DNA of 64,000 nucleotides from positions 32,001 to 96,000 of IMG/VR virus record IMGVR_UViG_3300047311_000323; one strand, given 5' to 3'. Positions 56,490 to 64,000 of the stretch are shown here, in pieces. The stretch is from a virus. Numbering within the stretch: position 1 is the stretch's first letter; each line of letters begins with the position of its first letter. The notes beneath the pieces were generated by a model. It searched no databases, had not been told where the DNA came from, and saw nothing but the letters and a program-made list of their open reading frames with translations. Both the position numbers and the translations under genes were made by a program.

Positions 56490-57563
56490 TTAGATATTCC
56501 ACTTATCCTCATAGATATCGGTACCAATATCAGAAGTTCCAGTAAATGGCTCTTCTACTTGCTCGGTTTGGTCAGCATCGTGACCTTCTGGATCTACGCC
56601 ATCTGGCAAGCCAAATAAACCGTCTTCAGATGGGGTTAGGTACTTATTAAAAAGTTTTTGCAGGATATCCTCGTGAAGACCTCTAGCTGGCTTTGTCTCT
56701 TCGTCATAATCTCTACCGAAATTAAGGGCATCAGCCGAACGACCATCAAAATCGTTTTCTGGTAAATAAGAGTGCTCACCAGCAATCTGTCCAGATTGGA
56801 ATGAACTCTGGAAAAGCTCAGGTCCTATATCTCCTGGGAAAAGAGAATAGTCATCATTGCCTGCAGGACCTAACGGACCCACTAGTCTTGGCTTATGATA
56901 CTGCTCTTCACCAGGATAAATCATTTGGTTATAGTGGTTTACCTGTTCATCAATCGGGAAGTCAATATGATTGACATCCTTTTTCTTCTTCTTTTTTGGA
57001 CCAGGGGTGCCTTGATATGGACTGTTTTTCCAATCATAGATACTGGTGCCATGCTCTTTAGGCGGAAGCATATGATCGGCATTGTCATCGGCAAAGAAAG
57101 CGCCTGGACCGTGATCTTCCTCTTCCCTGAACTCTTCAACACTGTCAACTTTGCCATCGCTCATTTCTTGATAGAGACCTTTTCCTAAATCATAATTAGG
57201 GCCTGCGGTCTTGATTATTCTTTCAAAAATAGCTGCACGGGCTTTAATGCCAGGATTTTCTTTAGTACGTTTGCCAGAATCCAATTGCCAAGAATCGTCG
57301 GCTTCATAGCGACCCTTCATCCTACTACGCCTTGCTTCTAGAAATTCCTGGACGCTATCGTAATTTTGTAGACCGTGGTATCCCGTGCCGGGGCCGATGT
57401 CCTCCATGCCGGGAATTGTATACAAATCGTAGTTGTAATAAAATGGTTCTTCAAAACGTGGCTGAACAACCAAGGCCGGATCGGACTTGTATTTCTTTTC
57501 ACCAGGCGTTGGTTCGTTGACCCCGCCTCCACCTTGGAAATAACCTTTCTTATTGACTGACAT
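56490..57563 (-). CDS. Acidic Pro/Gly-rich head protein carrying the YFQGGGGVNEPTPG peptide
   Basis: Likely start MSVNKKG at 57563 (AAGGA upstream); the peptide is shared with the protease-scaffold repeats. Confidence 0.65.
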   Translation of the reverse strand: MSVNKKGYFQGGGGVNEPTPGEKKYKSDPALVVQPRFEEPFYYNYDLYTIPGMEDIGPGTGYHGLQNYDSVQEFLEARRSRMKGRYEADDSWQLDSGKRTKENPGIKARAAIFERIIKTAGPNYDLGKGLYQEMSDGKVDSVEEFREEEDHGPGAFFADDNADHMLPPKEHGTSIYDWKNSPYQGTPGPKKKKKKDVNHIDFPIDEQVNHYNQMIYPGEEQYHKPRLVGPLGPAGNDDYSLFPGDIGPELFQSSFQSGQIAGEHSYLPENDFDGRSADALNFGRDYDEETKPARGLHEDILQKLFNKYLTPSEDGLFGLPDGVDPEGHDADQTEQVEEPFTGTSDIGTDIYEDKWNI

Positions 57564-58323
57564 TGGATTTTCCTTTAACATGCTTCATGTAGTATGGATA
57601 TACCTTTTCTGTAATTGGTATCTGAGTCCATAGATTCATCTGAGTAATTAGTTGAGCTGCCTTCTCTGGATTCCTAGTGAAAGCTTCATTTAGCTTATCG
57701 TTCATTGATTTCTCAGTTGAAATCTTAACAGTTTCAGGATACTTTCTTACATACTCAATAATTGAATCATCCAAGTCAAAATCCAATTTACAAGCAAGAT
57801 AAATTGCCCTTACAACTCTATTCCTATTAGAAGTGAGAGTTACCTCAGGCGCTAAACAAGTTCTAATCTTCTTCTCTTTGATATCTTTGAATCCTCGTTT
57901 AGTTGGATCCAAAGTTTGCTTTAGGTCTAACGTCAGCAACAAAGAGTTACAGGTAAAATCACGACTGAACATTTCGCGCTGCATGTTGGTAGGATTTCTG
58001 ATTCCTAACTTCGCTAGCTCTTGGTCAATGTTTTCGACCATAAAATTAGAAGAGAAGTCTACCTTCAAAGTACCTACGAAGATAGAGCTGTGTCCATCTT
58101 CCATAGTTTTTCTGGTGACGTTATACTTCTTACGAAACTCAATGAAAAACTCTTGAGACAAATAGTCAACGGTCTTATCACCAGTAGTAACATCTATGTC
58201 GGCGATGTTTTCTAGTTTACCCATGTACTTATCTCTAGGCGTACCTCCGCAGATATAGGGCGGAGATGCGCCTATCTGTTCTTGCACTCTCTTCATTTCT
58301 GAAAGCAGTTCGCGGAGTTTCAT
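57550..58323 (-). CDS. Divergent class II (CCA/poly(A) polymerase-type) nucleotidyltransferase
   Basis: Motif A CGGTPRD...DID and motif B SRDFTCNSL are intact; motif D EDxxR is replaced by SNRNR; no C-terminal tail domain; AAGGAG SD. Confidence 0.8.
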   Translation of the reverse strand: MKLRELLSEMKRVQEQIGASPPYICGGTPRDKYMGKLENIADIDVTTGDKTVDYLSQEFFIEFRKKYNVTRKTMEDGHSSIFVGTLKVDFSSNFMVENIDQELAKLGIRNPTNMQREMFSRDFTCNSLLLTLDLKQTLDPTKRGFKDIKEKKIRTCLAPEVTLTSNRNRVVRAIYLACKLDFDLDDSIIEYVRKYPETVKISTEKSMNDKLNEAFTRNPEKAAQLITQMNLWTQIPITEKVYPYYMKHVKGKSNVSQ

Positions 58324-58331
58324 TTATCTCC

Positions 58332-60233
58332 TTAAACGGCTGGTGGTCTTGGAGCTGCCGGAGCTGGAGGTGCTGCTGGTGGAGGAACGGCTGGAGGAGC
58401 TGGAGGGGCTAGTTCACCCATTTCTACTGCTGGAGTTTCTTTGGCTTCTTCCTTGCCGGCGTTCTCCATTTCGGTAGCTTCTTGCTCTTTCCTCATTTGT
58501 TTACGAGCCTTCTCTTTATCTTGGTCACTCTGTAGTTTGCCCTTGATACCGGCAACATCTTCTCTTTCAGGAGATGGTGCGATTGGAGCCTTCTCTGCGC
58601 TGGCCATAGCTCCACGCAACTTAGCAAGGATATCATCTACACGAGTAGAGATATAGTTGTTAGCTTCGAGAGCTTTGTTTTGGGCTTCAGATAGTGAAGG
58701 GAATAGCGAAGCTAATCCAAGACTATCTAACATCATATCAACAATGCCTAATTGTCTTGGCATTTCTCTAGTCTTGTAAGACTTGGAAATATCTTCTAGC
58801 TTAGCTACAACATCAGAGATGGCAACGTTTTTGAAAGCGCTGTCTATTTGGCTATCGAAGTTCGATGCGGTTGGAGAAGGTTCACCTGCGCCAGCATCTG
58901 GGATATCATCTTCCGTTACTTCTAACGGCTCTTCGGTAGCTGGAGCTTCTGGCTTTTCAGCGGCAGGAGGAATAAAAGCTGGAGGGTTTCTCTCTGGCTT
59001 AGGACTGTCGGTAGTTGGAACATCTTCCAATGCAGCAGGAGGAATATTAGCGCCTGGTGGTGGAGCGATTTGAGCTTCTGTTACCATTAACTCATCTTCG
59101 GCATCTAGCACTTCTAGTTCGTCATCTTCCGCGCCCGTGACATCACCATCCGTCTTATTTCCATCGTTCATGTTATCGATGAATTCTTTAATGCCTTTTG
59201 GCTGAGGAGGATCGTTCTGGTCCCCGCCTACTGGGGTCTGTACGCTAGGAACGCCTGGTGGTTGAGCTGGCAATCCACCTGGGGCTCCAGGGTTACCAGC
59301 ACCAGATGGGTCGTCTGGTGGGGTTGCAGGAGGCACAGCACCGCCTTGTTGCTTGCCATCATCTTTAGCAGCTTCACCGCCTGCACCAGGGGTTTGTGCT
59401 AGAGCATATAGAACTTCAGCAGCTTTGACGAATCCACTGCGCTTAAGGACATTACCCTCACGCACAATCATGTCTTCGTACAAACGTGTAGACACGCTTA
59501 GCTTGTTGACAAGCTGAACCTTCTTCTTGAGGCTATAGATAGCCTCCATCAGATTTTCTAACTCACCACCAGCAAATTCTTGACCGTCCTGAGAACGAAG
59601 TAATTTTTCAGCAGAGTCCAAACGTCCAATAATCTTGGAACGTTGCTTCTCAATGATTTGCCTTTTCTCTTCATTACGCTCAGCATCTTGGCTAGCTTTT
59701 TCAACAGAGTCGCCATCTGTGCGAGGTTCTGGTTCTTTTTGAGCATCTGGCTTGACATGCAAGAAGTAACCAGGCTGTCCATTTTCATACCAGACTTGTG
59801 CAAACTTATATTTCATGTGAGTTCCTTCTTCGTGGAATCTTAGCCAATTCAAGAAGTCATAGATTTCCATTTTCACCCAACCACTAGTGGCAAGCTTAAT
59901 TGCCTCTCGATATGGGAACCCAGCCTTTTGTTTGTAGTGAATGTCCTTAAGTGCATACATCCACTTTCTCATGTCATGCTGACCAGCAATGTGCTGATAC
60001 TGGTCGTAGTTGGGGTAAGCCTTCTTGTCAGTTACATAAGAGTAAAACTTAGGAACAAACTTACTATAGTCAATGCCATGGTGATCAAAAAACTCCATGA
60101 GCTTTTTCATCTTCTCTTCCATCTCTGGAGTGAGCGCTAGCTCTTCATCAGAATATGGTTGAACGACCTTCTCCAACTGCTTTTTGGATGGCATGTCGAT
60201 AATGGGTTTGTTTGAAGGCTTGTTCTCTGGCAT
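58332..60233 (-). CDS. Putative head/core protein with Pro-rich linkers
   Basis: KKAY, YKFAQ and VKAA motifs; helical domains separated by low-complexity spacers. Confidence 0.6.
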   Translation of the reverse strand: MPENKPSNKPIIDMPSKKQLEKVVQPYSDEELALTPEMEEKMKKLMEFFDHHGIDYSKFVPKFYSYVTDKKAYPNYDQYQHIAGQHDMRKWMYALKDIHYKQKAGFPYREAIKLATSGWVKMEIYDFLNWLRFHEEGTHMKYKFAQVWYENGQPGYFLHVKPDAQKEPEPRTDGDSVEKASQDAERNEEKRQIIEKQRSKIIGRLDSAEKLLRSQDGQEFAGGELENLMEAIYSLKKKVQLVNKLSVSTRLYEDMIVREGNVLKRSGFVKAAEVLYALAQTPGAGGEAAKDDGKQQGGAVPPATPPDDPSGAGNPGAPGGLPAQPPGVPSVQTPVGGDQNDPPQPKGIKEFIDNMNDGNKTDGDVTGAEDDELEVLDAEDELMVTEAQIAPPPGANIPPAALEDVPTTDSPKPERNPPAFIPPAAEKPEAPATEEPLEVTEDDIPDAGAGEPSPTASNFDSQIDSAFKNVAISDVVAKLEDISKSYKTREMPRQLGIVDMMLDSLGLASLFPSLSEAQNKALEANNYISTRVDDILAKLRGAMASAEKAPIAPSPEREDVAGIKGKLQSDQDKEKARKQMRKEQEATEMENAGKEEAKETPAVEMGELAPPAPPAVPPPAAPPAPAAPRPPAV

Positions 60234-60991
60234 TACTGGTTATTCAACTTTTTGTTAATGGTTTCGTTGAGTATTTTGGCTTCAGCAAGCTTCATGTCAG
60301 TATTGAGCGGCTGCTCTTGAGTTGGCATCTTTAGCTTGGCCATCTTCTCTTGGAAAATCTCCATAAATAACATGGAGCTTTCTAGGTCCAATTGGGACAA
60401 AACATCTCGGATTACATCATGAAATACCGAAATATGCTGATCTACCGCCTGCAAAGTCACGTTGTGTTGAATGACTAAGTCAGCGGGATTCTCAGTAAAT
60501 TTGTAATACTTCTCCAATAAGCCGCCAAGAAGCTCGCCGTATTCAATTAGAACACGATCTATCTTGGTATTGATATTACGTGGGTCTTCTTGAATTTCAT
60601 CAAAAACCTGACCCAAACGTGTTTCAATAGCCAGACATAACTGAGCTACCATTTGGCGCACATCTATTTCTTTGCCAGCTAATTCCAACATTTTACTCTT
60701 GTAAGTTGGATTACTCTTTACGGCCAATTCTAATTGGTCCGCTGTACCGGCAGCTACAGCTTGCTTGGTATTTATCATGTCCTCACGGATCATGGAATAT
60801 ACATCAAGATAGTTATCTTTGAATACTTTAATTGACTTTTCAGCCACTACAAATTTAGCTTCACTGACATTAGTATATTTACCAGCAAGCCATTCATGAA
60901 TGTCTTTTGCAGGATAATCTAATACTAACTTCGCAATGATTTCATCTTTATCTGGGTGGTCCAGAATCTTTTTAAGTGCGTTTTTGTTCAT
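60233..60991 (-). CDS. Hypothetical protein; candidate terminase small subunit or HTH protein
   Basis: HPDKDEIIAKL...DIHEWL is HTH-like, followed by coiled coil; own promoter motif at 61007-61020. The functional guess is weak. Confidence 0.35.
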   Translation of the reverse strand: MNKNALKKILDHPDKDEIIAKLVLDYPAKDIHEWLAGKYTNVSEAKFVVAEKSIKVFKDNYLDVYSMIREDMINTKQAVAAGTADQLELAVKSNPTYKSKMLELAGKEIDVRQMVAQLCLAIETRLGQVFDEIQEDPRNINTKIDRVLIEYGELLGGLLEKYYKFTENPADLVIQHNVTLQAVDQHISVFHDVIRDVLSQLDLESSMLFMEIFQEKMAKLKMPTQEQPLNTDMKLAEAKILNETINKKLNNQ

Positions 60992-61033
60992 AAAACCTCT
61001 GATTATAATATTGTTTTATAACCAGGGTATCGC

Positions 61034-61747
61034 TTACTTGTTGTAACCTAGTCGACCTTCACGGGTGTCAAAGATGGCATGGAAGGGGGTATCCAAGCCG
61101 TTAGTTTGTTGAGCAACATCGCCACCAGGGACTCTAGAACCATTAGCTAGTTCGAATCCAGTTTCAAAATTGTAAGTCTTCTTATCCAAGTCGCATTGCC
61201 ACATATGTTCACCTACACGGGCAATCTGGGCTCCTGGATGGTCTGGGCAGTAACGAGAGCTTAGTGGAGCTTCTAGGATCTTGTATTCCTTAGTGAATCC
61301 GCTGTTCTCAATCGCCTTCTCAGACTTTCCAATTTGATTGTACTTGTGCAAATCTTGACGTGGTTGTTCGTACTTTGCCTTTATAGCATCAGCTCTTGCA
61401 TCTACCAAGTCTTTGCGTTCGGCATAAGCATTTGGTGGAGCAGCAATAGTTAGAAGTAGTTCATCTAAAACCGAAGCAACTCTCTTGAGTTGTGGGTCTC
61501 CAGACTCATCTAGAGCTTGTGCCAAGGCGGCAGTCTCTTCAATAGATTCTGAGGTGATGACGGACTCGGTTGGAGTCTCGATAACATCTACTTCATCGGC
61601 GGCCTTCTTTAGAAGGGCGGCGGCCAGAACACAAGACTCTGCTACTACTTGCATGCACTTTTCATCGGCCTCAGCAAGTAGCAGAGCTTCGTTATTTGGG
61701 CTCTCTAGCCAAGAAGCCATAGCATTTAATAGTTCAGCAATTCTCAT
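61034..61747 (-). CDS. Putative head protein with a C-terminal Zn-ribbon-like motif
   Basis: Start moved to ATG 61747 (ATGA overlap, GAGGA SD); RYCPDHPG...WQCDLD. Confidence 0.6.
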   Translation of the reverse strand: MRIAELLNAMASWLESPNNEALLLAEADEKCMQVVAESCVLAAALLKKAADEVDVIETPTESVITSESIEETAALAQALDESGDPQLKRVASVLDELLLTIAAPPNAYAERKDLVDARADAIKAKYEQPRQDLHKYNQIGKSEKAIENSGFTKEYKILEAPLSSRYCPDHPGAQIARVGEHMWQCDLDKKTYNFETGFELANGSRVPGGDVAQQTNGLDTPFHAIFDTREGRLGYNK

Positions 61748-62856
61748 TTTATCCTCATCCATCGATCAAAAGTGAGTCCATTATACTTGCTAATTAATGC
61801 CTCTTCTTGTTGTCTTTTTTGTTCTACTCTTTGTTCGTGCTCTAGGTCCCTTTGCTCAATACGCTCTTGCAACTGGTCCGGTGTTAGAACGGAAGGGTTC
61901 TGCTCTTGTTCTAATAGTTTCTGCTGCTTAGCCTCTTGCATCTGCCTAGACCATCGTTGGTTTGGATTCAAGGCATCTAATTCTTTTTGTTTATCTTCTA
62001 ATTCTTCTTGCCTACGACCAAAATCCATTTGTTCTCTAGCGCCTTCTTCAGTATCATCAAATAGCGCGTTATTGGTCTGTAGTTTTTTAATAAGATCTTG
62101 AAAAGAATCATGAGCAGTTAAAATAACGGGAGCTGCCTTTGGGCTGTGTCCTCTTCTAACAGAACGAATTAAGTTTTCCACTAATGGTCTTAATTTGGTT
62201 TCGTTCAATAGTTTGGACAAAAACTCAGTATTATCTAATCCGTATCTGTGTGCTTCTGGGTGAGTTGTAAAACTCAAAAGATTATCTTTGGAAAGACCCT
62301 TAGCTTTTTGAAGTTCATAACCGCCTATTGACTCTTTATCAATTGCGGATTTTTCAGCAGATGGAACAAACTTAGATAGGGTTGATCTGACTTCGTCAAA
62401 TCCACCATCTAATCTTCGAAGAAAAGTTCTAATCTTTGATTCTTGATGCTCAAATCTATTCAGATCTGGGTGTCTCATATTGCCTTTGAGGCTGAGCTTC
62501 ATAGCATCTTTAATCTCAGTAAGACTAAAATCTTTTAGGATCTTAGAGATGGTTAAGCCCCTCTGAACTGCCCTATAAGTATCGGTAGGGCCGAGCGATG
62601 GATTAACGGCGAGTGTTTTGACTATAGCAACAAGTTCACGGATCAAATCAAACTGTGGGCCCTTGTTATCGTCATCTGCCCAGGCCAATATACTCTGGTC
62701 TTTGACTCTTGGACCGTCTAGCCACATCTCTCGTAAAACTTTTAGACGCTTCCTGACCTCCGCCATAATGGCTGGAGATACGGGCATAGGTTCAGCCGCG
62801 ACTGAGATAAGCCGGTACTTCAAATCTAAAAAATCGGCTAGCCTATCTATTCTCAT
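61744..62856 (-). CDS. Hypothetical helical protein
   Basis: Contiguous in the operon; Gln/Glu-rich coiled-coil C-terminus. Confidence 0.6.
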   Translation of the reverse strand: MRIDRLADFLDLKYRLISVAAEPMPVSPAIMAEVRKRLKVLREMWLDGPRVKDQSILAWADDDNKGPQFDLIRELVAIVKTLAVNPSLGPTDTYRAVQRGLTISKILKDFSLTEIKDAMKLSLKGNMRHPDLNRFEHQESKIRTFLRRLDGGFDEVRSTLSKFVPSAEKSAIDKESIGGYELQKAKGLSKDNLLSFTTHPEAHRYGLDNTEFLSKLLNETKLRPLVENLIRSVRRGHSPKAAPVILTAHDSFQDLIKKLQTNNALFDDTEEGAREQMDFGRRQEELEDKQKELDALNPNQRWSRQMQEAKQQKLLEQEQNPSVLTPDQLQERIEQRDLEHEQRVEQKRQQEEALISKYNGLTFDRWMRIK

Positions 62857-62859
62857 GGA

Positions 62860-64000
62860 TTACCCGAAAATCTTGGCGTTGATGAAGGAAGCCCCCTCAT
62901 AAGTCTCATCCATACCCTTACGGTATAGAGGACGGCAATATCCACTTGTATCTTGGTATACCTTGTTTACTGGTAGGCCGGTGTGTGAGCAAATTGGGTA
63001 CTCACTGTTAGCGCTCTTAATCATCTTAGAGCATTTTGTCTCAGCCGTTTTGACACCAGCTAGTCCGGTCATGTATAGCTGGAATGCGAGGGCATAAGCC
63101 TTTTCATCACCAGCATTTGCTAGTACGTTGAGAGCGTCTTCTGCCTTAGCATAATTCTCTTCCGAGAGGGCTTGACGCAAATTGCCAACAAGCTCACTTG
63201 GTTTGAGAGATGCCATGTTAGAAGCAACAGCGGCAACCTTAGAATCAGTCTTCTTTTGAGAAACTAGACCATTGATGCCGGCCTTATCAAAGGAGGCAAT
63301 TGATCCATTACACAACATAATGACTGGCTTTTGTAGTTTATCATTAGCTACTTTAACTGGAACAGTGAAAGCAACTTTTCCGGTTTCTAATGATACGCCA
63401 CAGAAAATGGTGTTCTCATCATTACCAGTAACTACAATTTGATGATTAGCAAATCCCATGGACTGTAGCTCACGGGAGATATGGTTCTTAGCGGCCCCAA
63501 CTTTTTCTGGACCAAATCTCCAAGAGGCAAGACCTTGTGGAGTGGTGAACTTCTCTTCAAAAGAAACAAACTCATCAGACTTTGGAAGTGCAACATCTGC
63601 CTTAGCAGCGGCATCAACCTTGAGTCCAACGACCTGGCCTTGGAAGAATTCAGACTGACCCTGACGTTCTGCGTTCATACGGGTTACTGCTAACTCGGCA
63701 GCAGATACTTCACGCTTATCACTGGCAGCATGAGTCAAAGCGGCAAGAATATCGGTAGCACCAATCTTGGTCTTAGAGCCAGCTTGTTGCTTCAAGTAAG
63801 CTTTGATAGTAGTGTGATTGAGGTCTTCTGGACCAGTATTACCCATGAATACTTCTGGTTCTACGACATCACTCTTCTTAACTTCTACAGGAACGTAGAA
63901 GGAGGTGACTCCCTTTGGAGTTTCGTAGTCAGCCTTGATTACAATGAACTTGTCATTACCATCGCTGATAGTTAGATGAGACGGCCTTAGATTCCAAGCA
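62860..64000 (-). CDS. Repeat-domain protein, 5'-truncated by the right window edge
   Basis: The frame stays open upstream of the track start 63846 to base 64000 (AWNLRPSHLTISDGNDKFIVIKADYETPKGVTSFYVPVEV...). This segment repeats the later NDENTIFCGVSLETGKVAFTVPVKV domain. Confidence 0.7.
   Translation of the reverse strand, partial: AWNLRPSHLTISDGNDKFIVIKADYETPKGVTSFYVPVEVKKSDVVEPEVFMGNTGPEDLNHTTIKAYLKQQAGSKTKIGATDILAALTHAASDKREVSAAELAVTRMNAERQGQSEFFQGQVVGLKVDAAAKADVALPKSDEFVSFEEKFTTPQGLASWRFGPEKVGAAKNHISRELQSMGFANHQIVVTGNDENTIFCGVSLETGKVAFTVPVKVANDKLQKPVIMLCNGSIASFDKAGINGLVSQKKTDSKVAAVASNMASLKPSELVGNLRQALSEENYAKAEDALNVLANAGDEKAYALAFQLYMTGLAGVKTAETKCSKMIKSANSEYPICSHTGLPVNKVYQDTSGYCRPLYRKGMDETYEGASFINAKIFG

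Noticed and set aside
1-64000. Eukaryotic giant virus or alternative genetic code
   Set aside because: SD motifs, overlapping operons, Rho-independent terminators and a terL-portal-HK97 set indicate a bacterial tailed phage. Genes tile the window under the standard code.
1-64000. tRNA or rRNA genes
   Set aside because: Intergenic gaps are short, and none showed a cloverleaf or T-loop/D-loop consensus on inspection. tRNAscan-SE or ARAGORN would confirm.

Overview
The window is almost entirely coding, about 90% on the minus strand, and looks like the virion-morphogenesis region of an uncultured jumbo tailed phage. It has bacterial-type SD sites, TAATG/ATGA coupled genes, and an HK97-like capsid, portal, GpA-type terminase and prohead protease. 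From right to left in transcription order: head-associated unknowns, terL (52225-54108), portal (50260-52143), a 1252-aa protease-scaffold (41173-44931), a block of putative internal head/ejection proteins, decoration proteins and the major capsid protein (29942-30955). These are followed by neck, fibre and tailspike-like genes built from shuffled domains (1-26644). Scattered among them are enzymes unusual for a structural block: a canonical class II CCA-adding enzyme, a second divergent class II nucleotidyltransferase with an altered base-templating motif, a RelA/SpoT-like small synthetase, a 2H phosphoesterase, a CX5R phosphatase, a patatin, a cold-shock protein, an HExxH peptidase and three HNH-type genes. 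Sequence-level patterns seen by eye: (i) a recurrent ATAW-N5-YATW motif in about 20 intergenic gaps (candidate late promoter); (ii) a recurrent K-x-A motif plus a shared helical motif across the head-module proteins (candidate protease-processing/packaging code); (iii) a three-way-junction RNA with two GCAA tetraloops in the capsid gene leader. All protein family calls rest on motif recognition from memory; no database search was run. No tRNA, rRNA, CRISPR array, intron or intein was seen.
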